Assembly (NCBI GenBank): GCA_001002285.1
Contig: LCLX01000001.1
Span: 64,030 to 128,029 of the forward strand
Source: Microgenomates group bacterium GW2011_GWC1_46_15
GTDB taxonomy: Bacteria > Patescibacteriota > Microgenomatia > UBA1400 > UBA12028
Direction: 5' to 3'
DNA length: 64,000 bases
Shown here: piece by piece, positions 19,761 to 29,672 of the stretch
How positions within the stretch are numbered: the stretch's first letter is position 1
How the letters are laid out: each line of letters opens with the position of its first letter
The notes under the pieces: model-generated
The model's input: the letters and a program-made list of their open reading frames with translations, nothing else
What the model was told of the DNA's origin: nothing
Databases searched by the model: none
Made by a program: the position numbers and the translations under genes

Positions 19761-20705
19761 ATGATGCCCACCCATAAACCCATCCTTGTCCTCATTGATG
19801 GCCATGCTGTGGTGTTCCGCGCGTTTTACGCGTTCCCACCGCTTACGACCTCCGAGGGCGAGTTGGTCAACGCAGTCTATGGATTCACGCGCATCGTTCT
19901 TAAAGTGATCCGAGACCTTCATCCTGAGTACATCGCGGTATCGTTTGACATGGCGAAACCAACATTTCGGCATACCGCGTTTGCGGGATACAAAGCCCAG
20001 CGCAAAGAAGTGCCGAGTGAGTTGTTGGGTCAGTTGGGACGGGTGCACGAAGTGGTACGGGCTCTCAATATTCCTATTTTTGAAATTGGAGGGTACGAAG
20101 CGGACGACATTATTGGAACAATAGCAAAAAAAGCCGCGGGAAAGTCATTAAAAACGATTATCGTAACTGGCGACCGCGACGCATACCAATTAGTGAAAGA
20201 CGGAATTGTTACGGTGTACATGCCACCTCGCGGAAATGATGATGCAAGAGAATACGCGGAAGAAGATGTGAAAGAAAAAATGGGCATTGGGCCAGATCAG
20301 ATTATTGATTACAAGGCGCTCGCGGGAGACGCGTCAGACAACATCCCAGGAGTTGCCGGCGTTGGTCCAAAAACAGCGATCACGTTGTTACAAACATTTG
20401 GTTCTGTAGATGGAATTTATAAAGCATTAGTGCATCCTCAAAAACTGACACCAAAACGAAAAGTCGTCTTAAAAGAATCATTAGTGAAAAAACTTGTGGA
20501 CAGTCACGAAAACGCACTGCTCAGCCAGAAGCTTGCAACAATTGATTGTGATGTTCCGCTCACGTTTAACGTAAAAGATTGCGCGGTCTCCGGCTATGAC
20601 AAAAAAACCGCGGTAGAGCTCATACAAAAACTTGGATTTAAAAGTTTAGTGAACATGTTGCCGGCAGACGAGTTTGAGCAGGAAGTTCAGGGAGCGCTGT
20701 TCTAA
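19761..20705 (+). CDS. Stand-alone 5'-3' exonuclease (DNA Pol I N-terminal/FEN domain)
   Basis: LIDGHAVVFRAFYA, YKAQR, YEADDIIGT, TGDRD, GDASDNIPGV; no polymerase domain. Confidence 0.93.
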   Translation: MMPTHKPILVLIDGHAVVFRAFYAFPPLTTSEGELVNAVYGFTRIVLKVIRDLHPEYIAVSFDMAKPTFRHTAFAGYKAQRKEVPSELLGQLGRVHEVVRALNIPIFEIGGYEADDIIGTIAKKAAGKSLKTIIVTGDRDAYQLVKDGIVTVYMPPRGNDDAREYAEEDVKEKMGIGPDQIIDYKALAGDASDNIPGVAGVGPKTAITLLQTFGSVDGIYKALVHPQKLTPKRKVVLKESLVKKLVDSHENALLSQKLATIDCDVPLTFNVKDCAVSGYDKKTAVELIQKLGFKSLVNMLPADEFEQEVQGALF

Positions 20706-21820
20706 TGAAAAACACACGCAGCCTACGTGTCGCATTAGTTCATGATTATTTCCGCGAGTACGGTGGTGCAGAACGCGTTGTTGAGACGCTGCACGAGATG
20801 TTTCCAAACGCGCCGGGGTACACGGCATTTGTGGATAAACACGCGTTAGGAAAACAATGGCAGCGATTTGCCAACTGGGATATTCGAGAATCTTGGGCGG
20901 CACGCATTCCCGGTATTAAAACACTCTATTCGCCACTGCGTATTTTTTCTGCACAATTTTTTGAGTCATTCGATTTTTCCGCATATGATCTCGTCATTTC
21001 ATCAACAAATATGTACATGGCAAAAGCCGTGCGGACACAACCGCCAACAAAACATCTCTGCTACTGCCACACACCGCCACGCTCACTTTATGGCTACACC
21101 ACGATGATGGACTGGAAAAAGAATCCGGTAATCCGCGTTGGTGGAGAACTGATTAATCACTTTATGAGGATGATTGATTTCCGCACCGCGCAAAACCCAG
21201 ATCTTTTTATCGCGAACTCAAAAGAAGTTCAGCGCCGCATTCAAAAGTTTTACCGCCGTGATAGCGTAGTGGTATATCCACCGATTCATGTTCCGTCTAC
21301 TCCGCCAGCCCAATCAGCAAAAAAAGAAAACTTCGTCCTGTATGTTGGAAGACTTGGTGCGAGCAAACATGTTGATGTCGTGATTAAGACATGCAATCAA
21401 CTCAAACGGCCACTCAAACTTGTTGGTGTTGGCCGCGATATGGAGTACTTGAAATCGATTGCTGGTCCATCAGTGGAGTTTTTGGGAAGTGTGTCTGATG
21501 AAATACTGCATGGTTTGTACGCCCGCGCCCACGTGCTTATCTATCCCGCGGAAGACGAAGACTTTGGCATGATTCCGGTTGAAGCGATGGCGTATGGAAC
21601 ACCGGTGATTGTTCATCACTCCGGTGGATTTTTGGAGACGGTGATTGAGGGAAAGACGGGGGTGTTTATACATGAACTTACCACGAGCGCGATGATTGAA
21701 GCATTACACAAAGCCGATCGCGTAGAGTGGGATCCGCGCAAACTTTACGACCACGCAAAAACATTTTCAAAAGAGCGGTTTACGAAAGAAATATTGCGTG
21801 TTATTTCACAAGTTCAGTAG
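20705..21820 (+). CDS. Glycosyltransferase family 4
   Basis: HDY..GGAERV, YCHTPPR, EDFGMIPVEAMAYG. Confidence 0.93.
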   Translation: MKNTRSLRVALVHDYFREYGGAERVVETLHEMFPNAPGYTAFVDKHALGKQWQRFANWDIRESWAARIPGIKTLYSPLRIFSAQFFESFDFSAYDLVISSTNMYMAKAVRTQPPTKHLCYCHTPPRSLYGYTTMMDWKKNPVIRVGGELINHFMRMIDFRTAQNPDLFIANSKEVQRRIQKFYRRDSVVVYPPIHVPSTPPAQSAKKENFVLYVGRLGASKHVDVVIKTCNQLKRPLKLVGVGRDMEYLKSIAGPSVEFLGSVSDEILHGLYARAHVLIYPAEDEDFGMIPVEAMAYGTPVIVHHSGGFLETVIEGKTGVFIHELTTSAMIEALHKADRVEWDPRKLYDHAKTFSKERFTKEILRVISQVQ

Positions 21821-21824
21821 AGAG

Positions 21825-23315
21825 TTATTTCTGCGGAGTGAGTTTAATAAACGCTACGCTGTTCGGGAGCATAGGGATTTGAACACGCAACTCCGCTTCA
21901 GTTGTTGCGACTTGCGCCGATCGTTGCATCCCGTCCAAAAATGTTTGTTCCAAAAGAAATGATTGATCTAAAAGGTTTGTAAACGTAACAGGAACCGTTT
22001 CGCCGTGTTTGCCAACGGGGTCAAAGTTTGCAAGTACAACCGTAACAGCATCACCTAGCCGCGCGGCCATTCCTTTTACCCACGTTCCTTTTCCAAGCAG
22101 TTGAAGCCGCTGATCACCAATGCGGTCAATCAATCGAAGTGCCGCATACCGCGGCTTTTGCCGTGATCCACTGGACTGGCTGGTAAACAACCCCCACCGT
22201 CCCCAGTACTGTTTACCCGCGGGGTCTGTACTGTCCTGAATCTCGAACACAAACCCGCGCTGAACACTTCCCATCATCTCGCTCGCCACCGCGGCCGTAT
22301 GCGCAGCCCCGTACCCTCCGTCATAGCCCGCGTCGTTTTTGGGATCGTGACCCCACTCGGTAATATGAAACTCTAGCGTAGGATACTGCGGATACGCGTC
22401 AAGCCACTCTTTGGCATTCGCAACATCTTTTTGATACACGTCAATCTCGCGGTCATACCGGTGCCATGAGAAAAAATCCAACCGTAGTCGATTATCCGAC
22501 GCAAACTTCAACACATTATCAAACCAGTTTTTGTAGAGCGCGGTGATTGCGGGTCCGCCAAACTTAAACGGCTTTGCCCCGTTATCCGCGGCCGCATCAG
22601 CGCCACGTGCTGCGTACGAATACAGCGTAAGATAATTTTTTGGTCCGTATGTTTTCCATCCGCCAAACAAGTCTGGCTCGTTCCACACTTCATAGATGAC
22701 ATTGTCAATCCCGCGGTCTTTGCTTAGGTGCTCGACCGTTTTTTGAATGACGAGCTGATACGCACCCCAATCGGTTGGAGTACCGGTAATATCACCATTT
22801 GGCGCGAGTGACATTGGCGTATATGAAAGTGAGACATATGGTTTCGCGCCAACTGCGAGAATGTCAGAAATAATAAGATCAAATTTTTCCCAGTGAAAAG
22901 TTAAGTTCCTTGGAGTGCCTTGCACAATGTCATAAAAATCGTAAATATGATCAATGCGGATGTATTCTGGATGCAACGCTTTCACTTGATCTAAAATAGG
23001 GGTGATCCGCCAATTTTTATCTTCACCGCCTTGAGCAAGATTCCGCCACGGGCGGGGCATGGGCCCAAGCACCGCCTGCGTATCAATCATGATGTTTGCG
23101 GGATCTCCAGTCGCGCCAATAAACAATAGGCGGAGCGTTTTGATGTTTAAGACACCAAGGACAATGCCAAGACCTAAAATAGCCAAAGGCAATAGAATAC
23201 TCATCGCTTGCTTTATATGCGATTTTTTCGATGGAAACCGCCCAGAAAAACTTGACGAAGATGATGAAGGGGGAGAAAAAATCTTCACGTATCCAGCGTA
23301 TGGGAAGGTTGGCAT
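21825..23315 (-). CDS. Membrane-anchored glycoside hydrolase, GH39-like (clan GH-A)
   Basis: N-terminal TM helix; YEVWNEPD (acid/base), DFFSWHRY, HITEWG (nucleophile); start uncertain. Confidence 0.8.
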   Translation of the reverse strand: MPTFPYAGYVKIFSPPSSSSSSFSGRFPSKKSHIKQAMSILLPLAILGLGIVLGVLNIKTLRLLFIGATGDPANIMIDTQAVLGPMPRPWRNLAQGGEDKNWRITPILDQVKALHPEYIRIDHIYDFYDIVQGTPRNLTFHWEKFDLIISDILAVGAKPYVSLSYTPMSLAPNGDITGTPTDWGAYQLVIQKTVEHLSKDRGIDNVIYEVWNEPDLFGGWKTYGPKNYLTLYSYAARGADAAADNGAKPFKFGGPAITALYKNWFDNVLKFASDNRLRLDFFSWHRYDREIDVYQKDVANAKEWLDAYPQYPTLEFHITEWGHDPKNDAGYDGGYGAAHTAAVASEMMGSVQRGFVFEIQDSTDPAGKQYWGRWGLFTSQSSGSRQKPRYAALRLIDRIGDQRLQLLGKGTWVKGMAARLGDAVTVVLANFDPVGKHGETVPVTFTNLLDQSFLLEQTFLDGMQRSAQVATTEAELRVQIPMLPNSVAFIKLTPQK

Positions 23316-23353
23316 AAATGCAAGGCTGTGGTATTCTCCCAACGGAGGGGAAT

Positions 23354-23665
23354 ATGAAATTTTCTAGAGAAGATGGAGCAAGAAGAGTGCTACTTGGAAG
23401 TGCTGAGGGGGCAAAGGTGACTAATCCAGTATTTTTTGAATGTGATGTAGACTCAATACAACCTTATCTTCTCAAAGATATTGTTGTGGACAAGACAATG
23501 TTTGTCCATGCGAACCAGAAGCTTGGACTTATGTTACTGATTCTTGCTGAGGGAACATATGGTGATGGAACTCCCTGTTTTATCCTCGGTATAGAGGGCA
23601 AAAGGTATCTTCGCGTCCCGAAACAGAGTAAAAAGCTCAAACTCTTTCTTGGTAGTCAGGGATAA
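23354..23665 (+). CDS. Small hypothetical protein
   Basis: GGAGG SD before ATG 23354; no motif. Confidence 0.55.
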   Translation: MKFSREDGARRVLLGSAEGAKVTNPVFFECDVDSIQPYLLKDIVVDKTMFVHANQKLGLMLLILAEGTYGDGTPCFILGIEGKRYLRVPKQSKKLKLFLGSQG

Positions 23666-23704
23666 TTCTCCTAATTTTTCACATTTTTCCTATAAAAACT
23701 CTTC

Positions 23705-23746
23705 TTGACACCCAATTAGCACTCATGCTATTATTCTGCTAATTGG
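23705..23746 (+). promoter_or_regulatory. Sigma70 promoter overlapped by CIRCE (HrcA operator)
   Basis: TTGACA 23705-23710; TG-C-TATTAT at 23726-23734; TTAGCACTC-N9-TTCTGCTAA at 23716-23742, directly upstream of hrcA. Confidence 0.88.
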
Positions 23747-23753
23747 AGGACGA

Positions 23754-24488
23754 ATGATTGATCTCACCTCGAGACAAATTCAGATTTTGCGCGCTGTTAT
23801 AGAAGAGTATTTGGAGACAGCGGAAGCGGTTGGGTCGGAGACGATCGACCGTAAATACAACCTTGGTGTTTCCCCTGCAACAATCCGCAACGAGATGGTT
23901 TATCTTTCCGAGCAGGGCTATCTTAAACAGCTGCACACCTCCGCGGGGCGCGTTCCAACTCCGCTGGCACTCAAACTCTATGTGAAAGAGTTGATGAACA
24001 AAAAAAACTTATCTGTTGCTGATGAAGTTTCAGTCAAGGAAAATATTTGGGAAAATCGTGATAATCTCGAACACCTTCTTCGTCATGCCGCAAAAGAATT
24101 GGCTGACCGAACAAAATCCATCGGTATTGCACTCACCGACGATCATCAAACATATGCGTCGGGATACGCGTATCTACTCAACATTCCCGAGTTTATGAAC
24201 ATTGATGTTACGCGCACACTGTTTTCTTTGTTGGAAGAAACGCAACAGCTTGAACACATTTTTCATAAAGAAAGCACGGGGGAAGAAATCGTTCACATGG
24301 TTTTTGGTGGAGATCTTGGAAATCAATATCTTGATCCGGTAAGTATTTTGTTTACAAACTTTACGTGCGCAAATACGCGGTGCTCGCTTGGAGTGATTGG
24401 ATCCAACAGCGTCGATTATTCATACATTATTCCCATGCTAGAGCATGTACATAACATGATGGCAACGCTTGTTCCTGGAAAAAAGTAG
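23754..24488 (+). CDS. hrcA: Heat-inducible transcription repressor HrcA
   Basis: RQIQILRAVIEEY, VSPATIRNEM, HTSAGRVPT, LGVIG. Confidence 0.95.
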   Translation: MIDLTSRQIQILRAVIEEYLETAEAVGSETIDRKYNLGVSPATIRNEMVYLSEQGYLKQLHTSAGRVPTPLALKLYVKELMNKKNLSVADEVSVKENIWENRDNLEHLLRHAAKELADRTKSIGIALTDDHQTYASGYAYLLNIPEFMNIDVTRTLFSLLEETQQLEHIFHKESTGEEIVHMVFGGDLGNQYLDPVSILFTNFTCANTRCSLGVIGSNSVDYSYIIPMLEHVHNMMATLVPGKK

Positions 24489-24500
24489 AAAGGGCACACT

Positions 24501-25010
24501 ATGGCAGATAACACAAAGAAAAAACATCAACAAAAATTAACCCGCGATTCACGTGTAGAAGAGCTAGAAACTCAACTTATAGAGAAAGATACCGCGCATA
24601 AACGCGCGCTTGCGGACTATCAGAACTTGCAAAAGAACACGCGCGAAGAACACGAGCGGTTTGCAAAGATGGCTTCGGCGCTTTTGATTCAGGAGTTGCT
24701 TGTGCCGATTGATCATCTGGAAATGGCGGTTGCGCATATGAAAGATACATCTTTGGAGTTGATCCACCGCCAGTTTATGCAGGTTTTGGAAAGAGAGGGT
24801 GTAAAAGAAATTGAAACATTGGGAAAAACATTTGACCCGCACACCATGGATGCCATTGATACGGAAACAGGAGAGAAAGACAAAGTCATCCGTGTCGCGC
24901 AAAAAGGATACACGATCAGTGGTGTCATACTTCGTCCGGCCAAAGTCATTGTGGGCAAAGGAGAGAGTGATGATAAAAATAGTACAAAGGAAAAGGTAGT
25001 AGAAGAATAA
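24501..25010 (+). CDS. grpE: Nucleotide exchange factor GrpE
   Basis: [19 protein letters not shown]...ILRPAKVIV. Confidence 0.95.
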   Translation: MADNTKKKHQQKLTRDSRVEELETQLIEKDTAHKRALADYQNLQKNTREEHERFAKMASALLIQELLVPIDHLEMAVAHMKDTSLELIHRQFMQVLEREGVKEIETLGKTFDPHTMDAIDTETGEKDKVIRVAQKGYTISGVILRPAKVIVGKGESDDKNSTKEKVVEE

Positions 25011-25021
25011 TAAGGAGGAAT

Positions 25022-26983
25022 ATGTCAAAAATCATAGGCATAGACTTAGGAACAACAAACTCGGCAGTTGCCGTGATGGAAGGTGGAACACCAAAAATCA
25101 TTCCAACCGCGGAAGGGCAAAACACGTTTCCGTCCATTGTAGAGCCGGTTAAGAACCTAGTTGGAGTTCCTGCCAAACGGCAGATGGTACTCAATCCAAA
25201 AAGTACAATCGTTTCGGTAAAACGTTTGATGGGGCGGAAACTCAGTGATCCGCAGGTTGAACTTACCAAGAAGCGTTTTGGATACAGCATTGTTGCTGGT
25301 AAAGATGGGATGGCCGCGGTTGAAGTGGCTGGTAAAACATATACGCCACAGGAAATTTCCGCTCGCATTCTTTCCAAAGCAAAAGCCGATGCCGAAGCAT
25401 ATTTGGGTAGCACGGTTGACCGTGCGGTGATCACTGTTCCCGCATACTTTGATGACTCACAGCGTCAGGCAACCAAGCAGGCCGGCGAGATTGCGGGACT
25501 CAAGGTTGAGCGCATTATCAACGAGCCAACCGCTGCTGCGCTTGCGTACGGTTTGGATAAAAAGAGCAACGAAACAATCGTTGTATACGACTTGGGTGGT
25601 GGAACGTTCGACATCACGGTGCTTGAAATTGGCGGCGGTGTATTTGAAGTAAAAGCAACCAATGGTGATACGTTCCTGGGTGGCGATGACTTTGACGCGA
25701 AGATCATTGATTGGATTATTTCGGAGTTCAAAAAAGAAAACGGTGTGGATTTGGGCAAAGATCCACAAGCGCTCCAGCGCGTTCGCGACGCAGCGGAAAA
25801 AGCGAAGATTGAACTCTCATCTGCTCAGCAGACCGAGATTAATCAGCCGTTCATCACGCAAAGCAAAGATGGGCCTGTTCATCTCACGATGACACTCACC
25901 CGTTCCAGGTTGGAAGAGTTGGTTGATGACCTCATCACAAAAACGTTTGGACCAGTAAAGCAGGCGCTCAAAGACGCCGGTATGACAACGGCAAAAGTGA
26001 ATGAAGTCATACTGGTTGGCGGAATGACGCGCATGCCAAAGGTGCAGTCTGAAGTGAAAAAATTCTTCGGCAAGGAGCCACACAAAGGGGTAAACCCCGA
26101 TGAAGTGGTCGCGGTTGGCGCGGCGGTACAAGGCGGTGTGATCGGCGGCGATGTCAAAGATATTGTTCTGCTCGATGTTACTCCGCTTACGCTTGGACTG
26201 GAAACAATGGGTGGCATCCGCACCGCATTGATTCAACGCAACACCACAGTGCCAACGAGCAAGTCGCAGATCTTCTCAACCGCGGCGGACAACCAAACGC
26301 AAGTGGAGATCAATGTACTGCAGGGTGAACGCGAAATGGCAGTGGACAACAAGTCGCTTGGCCGGTTCATTCTTGATGGTATCCCGCCAGCGATGCGTGG
26401 TATGCCTCAAATCGAGGTAACGTTCGACATTGACGCGAACGGCATTCTGCACGTTACAGCGAAAGATAAAACGTCGGGCAAAGAGCAGAAAATCTCGATT
26501 CAGAACTCGACAAACTTGTCAGAAGCAGAAATCGAGCGGATGAAGAATGAAGCTGAAAAGCACGCCGATGAAGACAAGAAGAAGAAAGAGTCGGCCGAGT
26601 CGCGCAACAACGCGCTTCACGTTTCATTTGAGATTGAGAAACAACTCAAAGAACACGGAGACAAGTTGCCGGAAGAAGAGCGCAAGAAAATTGAGGAAAA
26701 CGTGAAGAAGCTCAAAGAGCTTGCTGAAAAACCCGAGTCCACAAAAGAAGAGTTGGACACGGCTTCACAAGAAACGTTGACCTCCGCGCAAAAAATCGGC
26801 GAGATTTTAGCAAAGCAGAACGCGGCACAACCTCAGGGGGCAGCCCAAGGTGGAGATGCGGCGCAGGCAGCGGGTGACAGTGCTGGCGAAGGTGAAGAGA
26901 AAAAAGGTGAGGAAAAGAAAACAAAGAAAAATGGAAAAGCACATAAAGGCAATGTTGAAGAAGGCGAAGTCGTAAAAAAGTAA
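25022..26983 (+). CDS. dnaK: Chaperone DnaK
   Basis: [32 protein letters not shown]. Confidence 0.99.
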   Translation: MSKIIGIDLGTTNSAVAVMEGGTPKIIPTAEGQNTFPSIVEPVKNLVGVPAKRQMVLNPKSTIVSVKRLMGRKLSDPQVELTKKRFGYSIVAGKDGMAAVEVAGKTYTPQEISARILSKAKADAEAYLGSTVDRAVITVPAYFDDSQRQATKQAGEIAGLKVERIINEPTAAALAYGLDKKSNETIVVYDLGGGTFDITVLEIGGGVFEVKATNGDTFLGGDDFDAKIIDWIISEFKKENGVDLGKDPQALQRVRDAAEKAKIELSSAQQTEINQPFITQSKDGPVHLTMTLTRSRLEELVDDLITKTFGPVKQALKDAGMTTAKVNEVILVGGMTRMPKVQSEVKKFFGKEPHKGVNPDEVVAVGAAVQGGVIGGDVKDIVLLDVTPLTLGLETMGGIRTALIQRNTTVPTSKSQIFSTAADNQTQVEINVLQGEREMAVDNKSLGRFILDGIPPAMRGMPQIEVTFDIDANGILHVTAKDKTSGKEQKISIQNSTNLSEAEIERMKNEAEKHADEDKKKKESAESRNNALHVSFEIEKQLKEHGDKLPEEERKKIEENVKKLKELAEKPESTKEELDTASQETLTSAQKIGEILAKQNAAQPQGAAQGGDAAQAAGDSAGEGEEKKGEEKKTKKNGKAHKGNVEEGEVVKK

Positions 26984-26988
26984 ACGTG

Positions 26989-27033
26989 AACCGCCGCCTT
27001 CTCGATTAAACATCTGGAGGGTGGCGGTTTTTT
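26989..27033 (+). terminator. Intrinsic terminator after dnaK
   Basis: AACCGCCGCCTTC...GGAGGGTGGCGGTT stem followed by a T-tract. Confidence 0.75.
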
Positions 27034-27077
27034 GATCTATAATAGACTTATCTCACGACAAGTCTAATCAGTACCTT

Positions 27078-27947
27078 ATGACAACCAAACGCGATTTTTA
27101 CGATATTTTGAGTGTAAGCAAATCGGCTTCTAAAGACGAGATTAAAGCCGCGTACCGTAAGTTAGCATTGCAGTACCATCCCGACCGCAATAAAGCCGCG
27201 GATGCGGAGCAAAGATTTAAAGAAATTAACGAAGCATATCAAGCGCTGAGCGACGACGAAAAGCGCAAGGCATATGATCAGTTTGGCCATGCGGCGTTTG
27301 ACCCCGCTTCCGGCTTTGGAAGTAATCCATTTACCGGTGGTTCCCGCCAGGGTCCATTTACATATACATATAGTTCAACAAGCGGAAATCCGTTCGCTGG
27401 GTTTGACTTTGGCGAAGGTGGGGGTGACCCATTTGAGATCTTTGAAAGTTTCTTTGGTGGAAGCAATCCATTTGGCGGTCGTGCGCGCAGGAAGCCGCGA
27501 TATACATTGACAATTTCATTTATGGAAGCCGCAAAAGGAACAGAAAAAAAAGTTGCGATTGACGGACAAGAGCACGTCATTAAAATTCCCGCCGGCGCAG
27601 ACGATGGGACACGCATCCGGTTTAACGAGTTTGATATCACACTCAATGTTCAGCCCGATACGACGTTTAAACGTGATGGATACGATCTTTATATTGACCG
27701 CGAAATTCCATTTGCTACCGCAGCACTTGGCGGCACCATTGACGTGCCAACACTTGAGGGTGAGATGACACTCAAAATCCGTCCCGGCACGCAACCCAAC
27801 ACAATGATCCGGTTGCGCGGAAGTGGTATTCAAGAAATTAACGGTCGTGGTCGCGGTGATTTGTATGTTCGTATCATTGTTCGTGTTCCGGAAAAACTTA
27901 CTCGCAGACAACGCGAGCTTATTGAAGAGTTTGATCTTTCCGACTAG
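27078..27947 (+). CDS. dnaJ: J-domain co-chaperone DnaJ (no zinc finger; class B)
   Basis: HPD motif, G/F-rich region, C-terminal domain; no CxxCxGxG repeats. Confidence 0.9.
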   Translation: MTTKRDFYDILSVSKSASKDEIKAAYRKLALQYHPDRNKAADAEQRFKEINEAYQALSDDEKRKAYDQFGHAAFDPASGFGSNPFTGGSRQGPFTYTYSSTSGNPFAGFDFGEGGGDPFEIFESFFGGSNPFGGRARRKPRYTLTISFMEAAKGTEKKVAIDGQEHVIKIPAGADDGTRIRFNEFDITLNVQPDTTFKRDGYDLYIDREIPFATAALGGTIDVPTLEGEMTLKIRPGTQPNTMIRLRGSGIQEINGRGRGDLYVRIIVRVPEKLTRRQRELIEEFDLSD

Positions 27948-27972
27948 ATTTATAAATCACAGTAGTAATTTT

Positions 27973-28665
27973 TTACATCATTCCATGTTCACGAAATGAA
28001 AATGCATCATCCTTCGTCAAAATCATGTGATCGGCCAACTCTATTCCAAGGAGTTCGGCGCCCGCGCGGATTCGTTTTGTAAACACAATATCTTCCTCTG
28101 ATGGCTGTGGATTTCCCGATGGGTGGTTGTGCACCAAAATCAGCGAAGAAACGGGATATTGTTTGATTGGCAAAAACACATCACGGGGATAAATCAATGT
28201 CTGATTCAACGATCCCATCGCCAATACTTCTTTGTGTTCCAGCGTATACCGCGCGTTTAAATACAAACACACGATCATTTCTTTTTGTGATTCACGCATA
28301 TCGTGTAAAAATGCCGCAACCGCGTTTGGCGAAGTAAGTGGCGTTGAAGTTTCCATCCGCAGACGTTCTGCAAGTTCCCACACCGCGAGTACCATGCAGG
28401 CCTTTGCTTTCCCGATCCCCTTAATCCGCAAGAGCGTGTTCACATTGATTGTTGCAAGCGATTGTTTTTGCAGGAGTTCTGCCAGAGTTTTTGCCACAAC
28501 TTCAACAGACCGCGTTTTTGTTCCCGTTCCCAGTAAAATACAGAACAGTTCGTAGGTATGAAGTGCTTTTGGCCCAAGCGCAAGCAAACGCTCACGTGGT
28601 TTTAGCGGAGAACTTCCAGTAGTAGTGCGTGGTTTTTTTGAAGATAGACTTGAAAAAGCGTCCAT
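27973..28665 (-). CDS. radC: RadC (JAB domain) protein
   Basis: PRERL, GIGKAKA HhH, VHNHPSG..PS..D, DHMI. Confidence 0.93.
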   Translation of the reverse strand: MDAFSSLSSKKPRTTTGSSPLKPRERLLALGPKALHTYELFCILLGTGTKTRSVEVVAKTLAELLQKQSLATINVNTLLRIKGIGKAKACMVLAVWELAERLRMETSTPLTSPNAVAAFLHDMRESQKEMIVCLYLNARYTLEHKEVLAMGSLNQTLIYPRDVFLPIKQYPVSSLILVHNHPSGNPQPSEEDIVFTKRIRAGAELLGIELADHMILTKDDAFSFREHGMM

Positions 28666-28668
28666 ACA

Positions 28669-29016
28669 CTACACTGTAGAGCAGAAATCTTGCAAACACC
28701 TTACGAAATCATTATTGGTCTCAATGAATTTGGTGTCTGCGGGAAAAAGATGCCGACGTTCCATGAGTCCAAACACAAAAAGAGGAATTCTTTTTAAGGA
28801 AGGCTTTTTTTGTAACACTTCTAAAAACATTGAAACTTCAAAAATAGGAAGTGCTCCGTCCAAAATAATCAGATCGGGAGGAGTTAAAATAATGTGCACA
28901 AGTGCGTCTGCAATAGCGCGCGCGGAGTTTGGTTCACATGTAATATTTTGTGTGAGTTCGTGATATACTCTACGTGTGCGAGAGTTCTGACTGATAAAAA
29001 GCACTTGAGGTAACAT
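28669..29016 (-). CDS. Degenerate single-domain response regulator receiver
   Basis: PDLIILD...P, KRIPLFVF; lacks the N-terminal acidic pair and the conserved Lys. Confidence 0.6.
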   Translation of the reverse strand: MLPQVLFISQNSRTRRVYHELTQNITCEPNSARAIADALVHIILTPPDLIILDGALPIFEVSMFLEVLQKKPSLKRIPLFVFGLMERRHLFPADTKFIETNNDFVRCLQDFCSTV

Positions 29017-29095
29017 AAGTAGGGTATCTATCTAAGATAGGTAAAACTCTACATTGAGAAGATACTCTTGTCAAGGGGATAAGAGAAAAAAAGAT

Positions 29096-29446
29096 ATGTA
29101 CGACAAAAAAATGCTCGGAAAACGAATTCGGGAAGCGCGCAACCGGGCGGGACTATCACAACAACAGTTGGCGTCTGCAATCGGTGTTTCAGATAAAACA
29201 ATTTCGGCGTACGAAGTCGGACGCGTTGACCCCCCACTTGAGTCTTTGGACAAACTAAGCACCGTCACAAAACACCCCGTTGGATTTTTTATTGGCGATG
29301 TTTCCAGCAATATTGAAGCTCGTCTGAACAGTATTCTTTTTGAACTAGAGGAAATTTGTGGAGTTCTTAAAGATACCGGTATGGTAAAGACGAGTGTTGT
29401 CAAAGAGGCGATGGCAAAAAGATCTTCACTATCTTCTCAAGAATAG
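29096..29446 (+). CDS. XRE-family helix-turn-helix regulator
   Basis: LGKRIREAR..GLSQQQLA..GVSDKTISAYEVGR. Confidence 0.9.
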   Translation: MYDKKMLGKRIREARNRAGLSQQQLASAIGVSDKTISAYEVGRVDPPLESLDKLSTVTKHPVGFFIGDVSSNIEARLNSILFELEEICGVLKDTGMVKTSVVKEAMAKRSSLSSQE

Positions 29447-29558
29447 TGTGTATTTGCTGAATTTTTTATAGTGTTTCCTGATATAATGCTCCCGTTAGTA
29501 TGAATGGCCTCTTGGAGGAGTCGTCCCACAAGGGGACTTCTAATTGTAAAAATATTTT

Positions 29559-29643
29559 GGAGGAGTCGCATAGTGGCCAATTGCACGTGCTTGGAAAGCA
29601 CGAGCCCGCAAGGGCTCCGTGGGTTCAAATCCCACCTCCTCCG
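29559..29643 (+). tRNA. tRNA-Ser(GGA)
   Basis: Acceptor GGAGGAG/CTCCTCC, anticodon arm CGTGC-TTGGAAA-GCACG, long variable arm, GTGGG-TTCAAAT-CCCAC; CCA not encoded. Confidence 0.95.
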
Positions 29644-29672
29644 CAGAGAAAGAGTACAATAATAAAACGGCT

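Noticed and set aside
27973-28665. radC as a marker of a mobile element
   Set aside because: It is the full-length HhH + JAB chromosomal type with no mobile genes adjacent.
29619-29672. GTG start for the kbl-like gene
   Set aside because: It lies inside tRNA-Ser; ATG 29673 is the plausible start.
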